Source: Tubulanus polymorphus (Eukaryota; Animalia; Nemertea). From it: a stretch of 64,000 nucleotides of DNA. This document shows, one piece after another, positions 50,274-64,000 of this stretch (position 1 is the stretch's first letter; each line of letters opens with the position of its first letter). Below the pieces are notes generated by a model. The model saw nothing but the letters and a program-made list of their open reading frames with translations, did not search any database and was not told the origin of the DNA. The stretch spans positions 1,054,001 through 1,118,000 of the forward strand of contig NC_134035.1 in NCBI RefSeq assembly GCF_964204645.1, given 5' to 3'. Both the position numbers and the translations under genes were made by a program.

Positions 50274-53200
50274 TCAACATTTTGCACAAGATTTTACACA
50301 ATTCGCGCTCATATACTGTTCATATTCTCCGATGCAGTGACCTTCGTCGGCCCAGATTTGACAGTTATCGTTAAGATCGAGACAAGCGACAGTTGTTGTG
50401 GGTTTCGGGATAGTCGTGGTCGTTGTTGGGGAACATATTCCGCAAGAGTCGCTACAATGGTCCCTCATATAACCTTCGTATTCTCCAACACAGTGACCAT
50501 CATCGGCCCAAGTTTTACAATTGCCGTTATTATCAACACAAGTAACAGTCGTGGTTGTGGGTTTCGGGGTAGTCGTGGTCGTCGTGGGTTTCGGGGTAGT
50601 CGTGGTTGTTGTTGGGGAGCAGATTCCGCAGGAGTCGCTGCAATGGTCCCTCATATAACCTTCGTATTCCCCAACACAGAAACCATCATCGGCCCAAGTT
50701 TTACAATTGTCGTTATTATCAACACATGTAACGGTCGTGGTTGTGGGTTTCGGGGTAGTCGTGGTCGTTGTTGGTCTCGGGGTAGTCGTGGTCGTAGGGT
50801 TTGTGCATGTATTGCAAGAAATCTTACAATTCACGCTCATATATGATTCGAACTCTCCCAAACAGAAACCATCCGCTGCCCAGGTGGCGCAGTTGACATT
50901 ATTGTCGGCACAAGGGACAATTTGGGTAGTTGTTGGTTCAGGTGTCGTCGTGGTTGTAGTCGTAGAAAGCGTTGAGCAAAGATCGCAAGACTTCTTACAG
51001 TAAAATTCCATGTAGGTTTTATAATGTGTCTCGCAGTAGCCTATACTCATCCAATGGGGGCATTTTCTATCAAAGTCCAAACACGGCATCGGTCCGGTAG
51101 TCGTGGGCTGAGTGGGCGAACTGGAGGACGTTAATGAACAAATACCGCACGATACTTGACAATTCTGGAGCATGTAGCCGGGGTCCGTATTGCAGGCGCC
51201 GCCTCGAGCAAGTTCCTGGCAAAAATTCTTTTTATCATAACATGGTACGGCGGTCGTTGGGCCGGCTTCCACTATTTCAGTGCCGGTTAGCGGATCAGTC
51301 TCTCGGCCATCTGAAAATCGAAATTATATGTCCAGATAGTTCGAGCATGAAATCCCATTTCTCATATATTGTATAAGTTATAAATTTCCCCAAAATACAG
51401 CTTAGCTTTTGTAGTGTGCACTGCAACAGTATATTCTATGGACATTATACATACAGAACATAAGCTTTGAAAGCTGTTTCTAAACTTACACGCGAATTCG
51501 CATCTGCAGTTCTTATTCAAGAACGAGTCGGGCTGCGGGCATTTGTTCTTCACCGTTTCGGGACAATGTGCTGAAAAATTCGTACAAAACAATTGATTTT
51601 ATCTTGCGAAAATTGTGTAGACGCAGAAAACAGTGTATAACAAACTTACAGCTACATTCGTAATGCGAGTTGATAACTTTGACGTCGGAAAACGAGAAAG
51701 ACGCTTTGTCCCAGGTATCCTGGATAAGATGACCTTTCGTGATGTCCTTCGCTTGGATGGTTTGTTTACCATTTGCCGAGAAGGCCTGACATTATGAATT
51801 GAAAGACATTGTAATACATTATAAAACGAGAATTCGTTAGTTTGGAGTAAGTAATCATAATCTTTACGTAATAAAGATACTTACGGTGATCCCGTAGTGC
51901 ATGATACTGCGGTAGTCATACGGTACCTCGTACTGTAAAACCAGATTAGATTCTATTCTCTTGAACCAAATGGCCCAGTCCGGTTCGACATTCTCGTACA
52001 GAATATTCAAATACTCGTCGCGATCAGGCAGTTGATGCTCGTGAACAAGACCTAAAGCGTGTCCGAATTCGTGTAAGATCGTAGGTTTCTGTAGAATAAC
52101 GAACTGATATCATGATAAAAGCTAATATATCATATTACGGGGCATCGTAATTTCAATCTACTCACGACTCGACAATGTGGATGTAAATTGATCGCTTGCT
52201 CGCCACCAGTCATACCCAGGTGCGAATTGCATCTAGAAATATAAAGCCTTATTAATATCACACAAGAAAACAAACTTAGAAGACTTAGACTGGCGCCTCG
52301 AGAAAATAAAATATGTAAATCGCCTATAGTATTATCGACAATTAATGATAATACAGTTATAATTCTATAATGTTACATTGAGGTTCAATAACTTTTTTTG
52401 GAATTTGAATGCACCGAAAATCGGCAGCCAGTCTAACTAGGCTAACCTAAATTGATAATGTAGGGTACGTCCTCTCAAAATTCAAAACGACATTTAAAGA
52501 AATTGAAAATAACGGCCATGACTGTGATGAAATATATCTAATTATAAAATGAACGCTGGAAATTCGCAATATTGTAATTATTGTTATGAAACGCAAATAT
52601 TGATGATGTAGTGCACATCGACTCACACAGAACCCCTAATACATAACGCATGCTGGGTATCGATGTATATAAACATTATTGTAACGGTTTTTACGGCGTC
52701 AGAATATATAAGAAGTTATATAATCTAAATATTTGAGACAAGGGTTCATTAATACTTTAACAACCTAACTAAAAAACTAGATATACGAGAATTACTTTAA
52801 TCTATCTTCAATTCCCCTTTGGGAATAAAGCTTGATAGAACAAGTGAAAGAACATCTTTCGATTTCAGCCACATCTACGAAACTTGAATCTTTTTGAATA
52901 ATTTTCTCTTACCCGGTGCCGTTTTGTATGCGTATTTTATTTGTATGTTCATCAGTAGCCGCTACAAACTTCAAGCACGTTGTCTTTTTAATTTCGTCAA
53001 TCGCTTTCTGAATTTCTCCTTTTTGTGCCTCGGCTACAAAAGAGACATAATCTAGATAATGGAATCCTCTCCCGGTTTCTATGTTTTCGGAAATACGAAT
53101 ATGATTTAGTTTACTGAACACGTCTGTGGTTTTAATGAAATACGGAATCGTATTTCCGGTCCATCGTTTGAAAAGTTCCCAATGCGCTTTCCTTTTCTGT

Positions 53201-54038
53201 CGGTTAGTCGCGTTCGCCGGATTGTTATACAGAGTGTCGTACTGTAACTCCGTCAGACTCATGTCCAGTTCTGCGAGCCGACCTCCGTCACTGGTCATCA
53301 GGCGACCTTTGAAAGCTGTGGAAGGACAGAGAAAAACTGTTGAAGGTTCTAACGTTAAGGAGGGGATTAATAAAACTTAGACACCGACCTTCCTTGCCAC
53401 CACCTGCCTCAATGATGATCTGGTCGATGCTGGGAGGTTCAGGGGGTTCGATAAAGTTTGGTAGCATTGGTTGATTCGGTCCGGGTCCTATCGGTTGGGT
53501 GCCGAATACCGTGCCCTGAAATCAAAGAAAACTGTCACTCCCTTTGCTACACATGAACACTCAGCAAAGCTTATTTAAAAATTAGAAATATTTTTGGGTG
53601 GTTGCTGCCACCCTTCTTCAATTTAAAATGACTTGCAAATAAATACACAGTATATGTATATAAATCATCGAATCTTATCACGGATATTGACTATATTATC
53701 TGATTCACTCGGCAAAGCGTTGGAAACCCGAAAAAAACAACCTCCTCAGATTTCCTAAATAGATTCTATTCATTTTCAAGGCAGATTTGTTTCTTTTTTT
53801 TCCAGAAAATGATTCGTTTTGATTTGGTTTCCCTTACGAACCCGGCAGAACCTGTCGGAAGTGAAACGGGCAGATTTCAACTGATATCCGCTGACTCGGT
53901 GCCTCCAGACGACTTCAAACTTCATAAGTCGCGATGACATAGAAAAGATCGCGAGAAGTCGGCATATTTGAAATAATCGATTCTAGGCGATGAACTTACC
54001 GCAAACGTCCAAACAAATATCAACGTGATGAAAGTCAT
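50274..54038 (-). CDS. Secreted astacin metalloprotease with 6 ShKT domains, copy 2, ~670 aa, 9 exons (first 54038-54000, second 53515-53389, third 53315-53115, last ~51310-50274)
   Basis: Reverse-complement paralog of 5813-11694 with the same splice sites and catalytic motifs. It has no LTR insertion and one extra 62-aa ShKT-plus-linker unit. Confidence 0.92.
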
Positions 54039-55671
54039 GATGGTTCAGCAGATCTACCAACATCGCTGGTGACGATACCGTTTATATGCCAGAGATTGCA
54101 TCTACCTAGGATTATACACCGATTAAAGGTAAAATCTTTTACAAATCGGGGTATTGTTCAAACGTGAAAAGGATTTATCCCCAGGAAACGCAATTTCCTG
54201 TTCCATCGATTTTTCGATTATCTATTTGAAATTCACACCGGATATGACGTGTTTTCATATTGAAACAATGAATAATGTTATAAAAAATTTATCTGAGCTG
54301 CTCGTGGCTGATAAGGGCCGCATGCATATGATCAGCAAAACCCAGCTCTCGTTTAACAACCAACGAATGGTTTTGGCCGTTGATTATAGAGATATTGGAA
54401 GATAATTGATCATTCATTAACTATAAATGTAATTGATTTTTGGGAGCAAGGTTGGTAGACCTGGGCGTTTGCTCAAGGGTGAAATGTTGAGATTCAATCA
54501 TAAGCTATACACTAACGTGCACTGAGTGCTAACGTGTTTTTAAATAGCCATTAAAACCCAAGTTTCGAACCAATACAAGAAAAAAGAAATTAGTATATGC
54601 AGCAATCTGTTAATGACCATGGATCCAGCAGATATTTTCACCAAGAACCTAATTAGTCATAAGTGTCTGAATTTTACTGTTCGCTGCATAAAATTGTTGT
54701 ATCCCGGATTGCTCTTTGTCTCAGCTTTAACGGTTCCTGTAAATGTCAATATTACTCAAATCCGGGTTGTTTATCATTATTTGGCAGTTAGCGAAAATCA
54801 TTGTATCTCACAATCAATGATTCAGATTGAACTTGATCCACGATTTATTGAAAATCAAAATGATCTCATCTGAAACTGTACATTCCAACAAAATACGATC
54901 ATTTATAATGATAGAGAATAGCTTTAACGCTCTGTTAAAAAGTGCTTGTTAATCATATTCAATTTTATAATCACGAAAACTGGTGGTAAATTCTGTAACA
55001 ATTCCTCCTCGATATTTAAAGTTTCTTCAGTCTGTTCTTTCTCGGAGAAAGAGACCTCATCCGTATCAACATGTGTGACGTCACGGGTATAGTTAGTCCG
55101 CGTATCGAAATCTGGTAGGCAGTCTACATCGATATTGGATCCGTGGGCGTCATAATCAGTGTTTGTATCGACAGTTGGTAGACTGTCTACATGTAAATCA
55201 AACTCAAGAAATTCTATGTTTTGTACTGGTGGTAAACTGTCGTAGCCAAAATCATCGTGAATGATAGGACCACCAGCCTTATATCGTTTGGTCAGAAATG
55301 AATTTCTGTTTTGTTTAGTCAGTCGCTGCTGGCGCTCCTTCGTCCCGGGCGTGGGGCGTAGAGCAATCCGGATTTCGTGTTCGTGTTTGAATTACATTTG
55401 AATTATATTTATCGTCTAGATTTTAAGCGTGTTAAATAGTTGAATAAATGAGTATGATGTTTTTTTTTTCAAAGAAAGCATTGTATGAATTCCTAGAAAT
55501 CTAATGATGTGTACCCCAGTGGTACCGTAGCTGCGAAATTCAAGTTTGGTCAGAAACGGATGATTTCATTCAGAGTCGACATCGTCACGGCGTTGACCAT
55601 TGTGACATCGCGGTTGTTTGTCCGAATATGAATGGCCGTCGAATATGTTCGAATGTTTTCCTGTCACAATC

Positions 55672-55902
55672 GGGCGGACCGGATGGCGTAGTCGGTCGGC
55701 GACTTGCGTGTCACCGCTGTGGCCCAGGTTCGAGTCTCGGAGGAGGCGGGTCAGGATGTAGCAAATGATCTCCGGTAAGCGGGCGAGTCGAGAGTACTGT
55801 CCTCCCTGGAATGAGGTTGCTAATGCGTGAGTCCTACAGAATAACTGGTGTGGGGTAAATTATGTTTAATTCAGTCGTTTCTGGCTGAATTATTTATTTA
55901 TC
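55672..55902 (+). mobile_element. tRNA-derived SINE (duplicate of 13081-13310)
   Basis: Near-identical A and B boxes and tail. Confidence 0.65.
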
Positions 55903-57030
55903 CCACAATACCGGTCCAGGTTGCGGAGTAATTCCCCCAGGGACCTTCGACTTTTTTACAATATTAGTTTGTTATTTTAAGTTGAGTGGTGAGGATTTGG
56001 AAAATTTGTTTATATTTATTCAATTCCTCGAACTGAAGAAATCCAAGCGACTATTCGGTGCAAGCAGCGCGCGCGGTGATCAATCACAGTTCTTTCTCAA
56101 CTGATGATAAAACTTCCATAATTTTTTAACTTCACCAGATTTCAGTTAAAGAAGATATGTACGCGGCGATGTCTGGTGAACTTGTGTATAAATTCGGATT
56201 GAAAACTACTCTATCTAATAGAGAATCACTCTCCGGAGACCTGCCATACGCTCTACTACACAATAGTGCCGCGTCACTGCACAAACCCTTAAGGCAACTT
56301 CAATATCCTAAAGTAAAACTCGAAAATAGTAAAATTGAGCCGGTATTATAGTTCAAAACCAGACGTAAATAGAAGGGAAATCTACACTTAAGTTTGTTGG
56401 ATAGTTTAGATAAAATTTCAGCATATAATTTTAGGCTAAAATCGTAGCAATCGATATTTCTATCTTTAACAATATGTGTCTCTATGAATAGTCGAATTAA
56501 ACTCGATGACCTGTAGGCCCCATTGAAAAAGTTTGGCACGAATTGAATGCTTCTTGCGGATTAGCGTCACGGACTCGGGTCTGTCACAGGAATGCGCGAT
56601 CGAGCCTTCTGATTGATCCATTCCGGTCGCATCGATGATGCACCGTCGCTGATTGGTTGACGTAGGTATTAGAAGCGCGGTTCGAGCCGCCCGATGCCAG
56701 TCCGAGAACTGATGTCCAGTGATGAAGAGCTCTGCAACAAGGCGTGAAGAACGTGTGGCTTCAAGCGAACAACCTGCTAATAAGCGGCTGATGATGTTAG
56801 GAATGACTGGAACGTGAAGGAATTTGTGACGCCTAGCGATTGAGAACGCAAGAGACTGGCGGCTGTTGGTGCTGATGATTGCGGAGGAGATGACGGCTAA
56901 TTTGCTGTTGTTGCTGATTTTCGATGTTCGATTTCACACACATTTATACATTATGATGAATATTCTGTCTTTTTAGGGTTAAACCGAAACCAGTTCGCTA
57001 CTACTGGTTTGTCGCAACGTCCTGAACTAG

Positions 57031-57031
<1 letters not shown>

Positions 57032-57066
<35 letters not shown>
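57032..57066. repeat. (CTG)~12 microsatellite
   Basis: Read directly. Confidence 0.95.
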
Positions 57067-57228
57067 ACATTGGGAACCGCATCAACTCGCATTTTGCTGT
57101 TTCGGTATCTGTACATTAAGATAAGGTAATTATATTAAACTATACCCATCCGTACATTTTGCATATTCAATGTTCTTCATTAGCTTGACGATTATCCGAT
57201 TTGTTTTTCAGCCGGCAATATTTGAGTT

Positions 57229-57751
57229 ACAGCAACATCTTCAAACCTCGAGACGCAGACTCTACCCCGACTACAGTACCATCCTCAAACCTCGAGACGC
57301 AGACTCTACCCCGACTACAGAACCATCTTCAAACCTCGAGACGCAGACTCTACTCCGACTAGAGAACCATCTTCAAACCTCGAGACGCAGACTCTACTCC
57401 GACTAGAGAACCATCTTCAAACCTCGAGACGCAGACTCTACTCCGACTAGAGAACCATCTTCAAACCTCGAGACGCAGACTCTACTCCGACTACAGAACC
57501 ATCTTCAAACCTCGAGACGCAGACTCTACTCCGACTACAGCACCATCTTCAAACCTCGAGACGCAGACTCTACTCCGACTAGAGAACCATCTTCAAACCT
57601 CGAGACGCAGACTCTACTCCGACTACAGCACCATCTTCAAACCTCGAGACGCAGACTCTACTCCGACTACAGCACCATCTTCAAACCTCGAGACGCAGAC
57701 TCTACTCCGACTAGAGAACCATCTTCAAACCTCGAGACGCAGACTCTACTC
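57229..57751. repeat. 44-bp minisatellite, ~12 units
   Basis: Same unit as 14690-15212 with different variant units. Confidence 0.95.
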
Positions 57752-58091
57752 GTCATTATTTCGTTTTGCCGCATGTTGTAAAAAGTAACGTAAATAAATA
57801 AAATATAAATAATATATATAATGCTCTCTTTAATAAACTTTGCCCCCTCTTCCCTCTCACAACTTCCCTTGCCCCGGAAAGGACTCTTCTTACAACTTCT
57901 CACGTTCAAAGAAAGGACAAAGTCAAAAAGGAAAGGACAAACGCAAAGTACAAATCAAAGGATTTATTCCAAATTCAAAGTAGGAATTTGTTACAGCTTG
58001 TTTGCAAAAGTAAAATTCAACATTTTATTGAAACGAACAAAATCAAAATTAAACATTTTATTCAATCAACAACCAATAAAAATTATTTACA

Positions 58092-58158
58092 ATACGGGAT
58101 TTGAACCACCAACCACTGGTCTAGCAGTCCAGCACCCTACCCACTACGCTATAGGGAC
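58092..58158 (-). pseudogene. tRNA-like sequence (duplicate of 15568-15635)
   Basis: Identical A- and B-box region. Confidence 0.5.
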
Positions 58159-58294
58159 GTACTGACAGCCTGCAGGGGAACTCATATTTATCCATTGCTT
58201 AAGCAAATTTTATTAAAAAAATAATGCCATCTACCGGGCGAGACAGGAACTAGTTCCTATCACAACCCGGTAGATGGTGGAGAATGAGACCAGA

Positions 58295-58790
58295 AGAAGG
58301 AGATGAGAGGAGAGAATGAGAGATGAGTATGAGATGAGAATTAAAGAGTGAGATGAGTATGAGATTAGAGTATGAGAGATGTAAGATGACAATGAAAGCG
58401 TGAGATGAGAGATGAGTATGAGAGATGAGTATGAGAGATGAGTATGAGAGATGAGTATAAGATGACAATGAAAGAGTGAGATGAGAGATGAGTATGAGAT
58501 GAGAATGAGAGATGAGTATGAGAGATGAGGATGAAAGAGTGAGATGAGAGATGAGTATGAGAGATGAGTATGAGATGAGGATGAAAGAGTGAGATGAGAG
58601 ATGAGTATGAGATGAGAATGAGAGATGAGTATGAGATGAGGATGAAAGAGTGAGATGAGAGATGAGTATGAGATGAGTATGAGAGATGAGTATGAGATGA
58701 GGATGAAAGAGTGAGATGAGGATGAGTATGAGAGATGAGTATGGGAGATGAGTATGAGAGATGAGGATGAGAGATGATAGAGAGAGACAG
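58295..58790. repeat. GAGATGAGTAT-type degenerate simple repeat
   Basis: Read directly. Confidence 0.9.
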
Positions 58791-58849
58791 AGGATAGGAT
58801 TGTATATCACCTGAACTTCTATGTTCCTCGTTGTTTTCTATCCGGCAGA

Positions 58850-61800
58850 TTCTAGATGCCGTCAGTAGTTTTAGTTTTACAGTTTTTAGTTCAAACAGAT
58901 CTTTATCCCATCAGCAGCAAAGTCATCACATAGTTAGTCCTCGTGGACATAAAGTTCACTATAACTGAAGTCAAGTTCTCCCAATATTTGTTCGTTTGTT
59001 TGTTTATCCTCCCGGTGAGTTCTAACGCTGCCAACACATATTTTATCCAGTTCATCTGATGTAGTCCTGATCATCAAACGCAAACTTCAATAATTCCATC
59101 CTAATGATGACAAACACCCTAAAAGATATAAATGAAACTTAATAGATTTGAGGCAACCAATCAGTTATACACAGTTTGAGTTAAGTCTAGTTACCGGTGT
59201 ATCAGAGAAATGGCAATCTAAGGTAGGGGGCCAAGGGTCAAATATTTTTTGTCTCCAATTTCGATGAAATTCGGTATAGACATGTATTATGGGGTGCTGA
59301 TCACAAATCTGAAAGAATTTTTCGGATTCCGTGGCCCAGAAATCCAGAAATTCGAATTTTTGGGGGACCCCTAAATATTCAAAAGGCCTTGGACCCCAGA
59401 GTTTTCAAAATATTCGAAATCTGATTGCAGATTTAGAATCAGCACCCCTGAAAATATACAGAACTAAAATTTCAAGCAAATCGAAGAGATTCGATTTTTT
59501 GGCTAAAAATGGCAAAAATCTAAGGTGTAAGTCCAGGAGTTTTTTTTCGGCGAAAAATTTTTTTTCTCCGATTCCTTCGAAATTTGGTAGGAATATATAT
59601 TCTGAGGTGTAGATTCCGGATCCGCAATCAGATTTTGAATCGGAATTCATCTTCATGGGCAAATAAGGGTTTTAATGCCCAAAATATGCACCCGAAAAAT
59701 GGGGTACAAAGTCAAAATTTTTTTTTGGCCCAATTTTAATAAAATTTTGTGCAGACATGTTTTTTGGGGTGCTGATTACAAATATGAGGTTAGATTTTGG
59801 ATCTGAAGCTCGTAAAATGAAATATTCAGGATTTCGTGTTTCGACCCCCTTAATTTCGTCACAAATTTTGATGAAATTCGGTCCAAAAACGATTTTTATT
59901 CAATGATGTCAAATATTCAATTAATTTTTAAGGTAGAAATTGATTCTCTTACTAAAACCCTGGATTATAATTCCTGCAACACAATTACAGGCTGCTTCAA
60001 ATAGCCACATTGAAAATTCTTATGAAATGCAGTGTAAACAGTGTTTACAGATAAACTGCTTTCTCATAATTGTTTGGGAAACTTTTAAGAAATTCTACTC
60101 ACACTCACCAGCCCTTGTCTAGCAGTAATGGTAGTCACCGAGTTCCACAAATCCACATACAGAGATCCACACCTCCTGGAGTCCACCACTGACTGTTTTT
60201 TTATGAGTATCAATCCACTTATTGTCCAGTTAGTTGACTAAATAGTCCAGTTAGTTCACATATAGTCTGGTTAGTTCACTAGTAGTCCGGAAGAAGTTGA
60301 CTGAAGAAGTAAAACTGTGATAAATTTCAGTTGAAGTCCACCACGTCCAGTATTCGTGATGAAGTTTACACCACAGCCCGACAGAGGAAAACCTGAAATA
60401 TAAAATTGAAACCACATTAACAGGGAGACTGACTGAGAGGTTGAGGGAGGATGGGATGAGAGGTTGGGGAGGATGGGGTGATGAGGTTGGGGAGGATGGG
60501 GTGATGAGGTTGGGTAGGATGGGGTGAGAGGTTGGGGGAGGATGGGTAAGAGGTTGAGGGAGGATGAAGTGAGAGGTTGGGGTGAGGTTGAGGGAGGATG
60601 GGGTGAGAGGTTGGGGGTGGGATGAGAGGTTGGGGACAATGGGGTGATGAGGTTAAGGGAGGATGAGAGGTTGGGGTGAGGTTGAGGGAGGATGGGGTGA
60701 GAGGTTGGGGCGAGGTTGAGGGAGGATGGGGTGATGAGGTTGGGGGAGGATGGGGTGATGAGGTTGGGGGAGGATGGGTTGGGAGGTTGGGGGAGGATGG
60801 GTGAGAGGTTGAGGGAGGATGAAGTGAGAGGTTGGGGTGAGGTTGAGGCAGGATGGGGTGAGAGGTTGAGGGAGGATGGGTGAAAAGTGAAGCAAAACAG
60901 CACAATTACTCTGACATAGTAAAAGTTTTCAGCAGTTTTCAGTACAGCACAGGATTAACAGATTCTCGTTTTACACAAGAGCCCAGCCTGTGGCAGTGGG
61001 AGAAAGCTGGTGTAACTAACTGGTCGAGTCAGCTGGTCTTAACTTGCTGAACAAGATGTGGTGCTGGAGGAAGTTGAAGAACAGTTCATCAAGATTTGTG
61101 AAACTATCGCCTGCACCATGTGCAATGCAAGCGGCTAGGGTAGTGCGGCCCGTGTAGGCTAGAAAGTGGTTTTTGACACCGAGTGAGGTCCCTGTTAGTC
61201 TAGCATCTAGCCGTCGTTCCCCAAACAACCCGAAACCCGTAGTAACAACGACTGACTGATTCAAAATAAATTTAGTAGGTCCCTCACCTGCTCACTGACT
61301 GTGTCGTGACGTGTCGTGTCTGCGCCGAAGTCAACTGGAGTGAGGTCCCCCTGTGCGTCCCCGAGGACATGAAATATCACGAATTCTTGTCTTTTTACCC
61401 AATATCAAATTCGTACATTTAAAATCATCGTGGCTTTAAAGTCTTTATCAATTGAAGGAAATGTTCACTGTAAATAAAGAATTAGCGATTGAATTGAGCC
61501 CGCTCCACAGTAAAAATAGCGCGATCAATTCAATCTCGACCGTCTAGTGCTGCCCCTATGTATAACGATAGCGTGGAAAGCGTGAACTAACATCATACTC
61601 GCTTGCCAGAGTCTTCGAACGTTAGTAGTGGACGAACTAATTACCGATTTGCGGGCCGGATTCAAGGGAAAATTCTCGAACTCTGAAAACTGCTCTGAAA
61701 CGTTTGAACCAAACAAATTTTCTATAAAAGAATAAGCCTTAAAAGAGTGAATTTGAATCGGGGTATTTCTAGTATGGTCTGGGAGAGAGCGACAGGTGTT

Positions 61801-64000
61801 TGTATGTTCCCTGATTATTTGCGCCCAATTAGAATACATCGAAGAAAAAATATGGACATTTTGTCAATTCAGATGATAAATTATCATTCAAAAATGTAAA
61901 TGAATAAGTTATTCTGTATATAAATATTATATTAATTGATAAGTAAGTGAATTTTAGCTAAAAAGAATTAAATATGTTACCTAAAAAATAAGGAAATATC
62001 ATGCAAAATTCAGAACGTATTCATAGTATCATATTTAATCAGAATTAGGCGCCACACTGGTCTGTATTGTACGTAATAAGGAAATTTAAATTCCGGCGAT
62101 AAATATGCACTACTATTTTAGTTCACAGAAATTCCGCTATCGTAATTCATAGGGGCAGCACTGAACGGTAGATATCTAACTCAGCCTCGCCATCTTACTG
62201 TGGCATGCGAGTAATACAGATATTTTTCTTAGCCGAATTTCGTTCAATGTTTAATATGAGTCCATTGTATATGAATAATTCTACTATTGTTTTAGGTCTT
62301 TCGAAGGGGATCATCTTTTTAAAACGAATTTCAAACTATTTTTGATAGAACTCTTTTGTCTGCGGAATGTACTAGTATCCGGTAAAGCGGTAGGCTCACA
62401 TGCCAAAGGAAGAATTTCAAGCAAATTAAATATTATTCTCTAAAATAGTGCATTCAACTACTACTAATTCACTTTAACCAGAAAAAAATGCTCTGAAACT
62501 ATTAAAGAAACAATTTTCTATGAAAGAATAAAGCTTAAGAGTAATTTGAATCGGGGATATTCCTAGCATCGTCTGGGAGAGAACGACGGGTTCTAGATGC
62601 CAAGAGCATTTTTTTCAGTTGCCCCGTTTTTACTTCAAACACAGCCAATCGGTAGTGTCACATATTTAGTCCTCGTGGACATAAAGTTCACTATAAGTGA
62701 AGTTAAGTTCTCCCAATATGTGTTCGTTTGTTTGTTTATCCTCTCGGTGACTTCTAAAGCTGCCCACACATATTTATCCAGTTCATCTGATGTAGGTCCT
62801 GATCAACAAACAAAAACGTCAATATATAGTTCCTAATGATGACAAACTCCTAAAAAAATATACACGAAACTTTATAGATTTGAGGCCACCAGTCAAACAT
62901 ACAGAGTTAGAGTTAAGTCTAATTACCGGTGTATCAGAGAAATGGCAATCTGAGGTAGGCTACTCAACAAAATGAGTGTCAGGGGTCGAATATCTTTTGT
63001 CTCCGATTTCGATGAAATTCAGTATAGACATGTATTATGGGGTGCTGATCACAAATCTGAAAGAATTTTTCGGGTCCGAGGCCCAGAAAATGAGAAATTC
63101 GAATTTTTGGGGGACCCCCTAAATTTTCAAAAGGCCTTGGACCCCAGAGTTTTCGAGATATTCGAAATCTGATTGCAGATTTTGAATCAGCACCCCTGAA
63201 AATATAGAGGACTAAAATTTTAAACAAATCGAAGAGATTCGATTTTTTGGCTAAAAATGGCAAAAATCTAAGGTGTTAGTCCAGGAGTTTTTTTTCGGCG
63301 AAAAATTTTTTTTCTCTGATTCCTTCGAAAATTAGTAGGAATATGTATTCTGAGGTGTAGATTCCGGATCCGTAATCAGATTTTGAATCGGAATTCATCT
63401 TCATGAGCAAATAAGGGTTTTAATGCCCAAAATATGCACCCCAAAAATGGGGTACAAAGTCAAAATTTTTTTTTGGCCCAATTTTAATGAAATTTTGTGC
63501 AGACATGTTTCTTGGGGTGCTGATTACAAATATGAGGTTAGATTTTGGATCTGAAGCTCGTAAAATGAAATATTCAGGATTTCGTGTTTCGACCCCCTTA
63601 ATTTCGTCACAAATTTTGATGAAATTCGGTCCAAAAACGATTTTTATTCAATGATGTCAAATATTCAATTAATTTTTAAGGTAGAAATTGATGCTCTTAC
63701 TAAAAACCCTGAATTATAATTCCTGCAACACAATTACAGGCTGCTTCAAATAACCACATTGACAATTCTTATGAAATGTAGTAAACAGAGTGAGTATCAA
63801 TCCACTTATAGTCCGGTTAGTTGACTAAATAGTCCAGTTAGTTCACATATAGTCTGGTTAGTTCACTAGTAGTCCAGTTAGTTCACTAGTAGTCCAGTTA
63901 GTTCACTAGTAGTGCGGAAGAAGTTGGCTGAAGAAGTAAAACTGTGATAAATTTCAGTTGAAGTCCACCACATCCAGTATTCGTGATGAAGTTTACGCCA
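58850..64000. repeat. Composite tandem repeat array 5 (duplicate of 16254-21400, runs off the window)
   Basis: Near-identical to array 2 at offset ~42590. Confidence 0.9.

Noticed and set aside
50220-51003. Plus-strand ORFs 50220-50846 and 50707-51003 (and 11308-11631 on the minus strand)
   Set aside because: Antisense shadows of the ShKT exon.

Overview
This is eukaryotic, intron-containing animal DNA; the gene families and short introns suggest a lophotrochozoan-type invertebrate (inference). It holds four intact spliced gene models. Two are copies of a secreted astacin metalloprotease with ShKT repeats (5813-11694 +, 5 ShKT; 50274-54038 -, 6 ShKT). One is a 1926-aa GRL101/LGR-type GPCR with CUB, C-type lectin, LDLa, LRR and 7TM parts (24461-30449 +). 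One is a 12-exon SLC3 heavy chain (rBAT-like, 43690-48929 -). Much of the window is duplicated. A ~19-21 kb block (about 2580-21400) recurs at about 42640-64000; the left copy has lost most of SLC3, has the astacin gene inverted between 168-bp inverted repeats, and carries a 2.3-kb non-autonomous LTR element in astacin intron 2. The GPCR 3' end is duplicated as a pseudogene 8.25 kb downstream. A ~3.0-3.6 kb composite tandem unit forms five arrays at or near most breakpoints. Smaller elements include a 188-bp Penelope-like insertion with a 13-bp TSD and a minimal hammerhead ribozyme, tRNA-derived SINEs, a MITE, a 44-bp minisatellite and several palindromes. I found no CRISPR, rRNA or prokaryotic system. 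Exon boundaries were derived by hand from GT-AG sites and frame continuity, and nothing was checked against databases.
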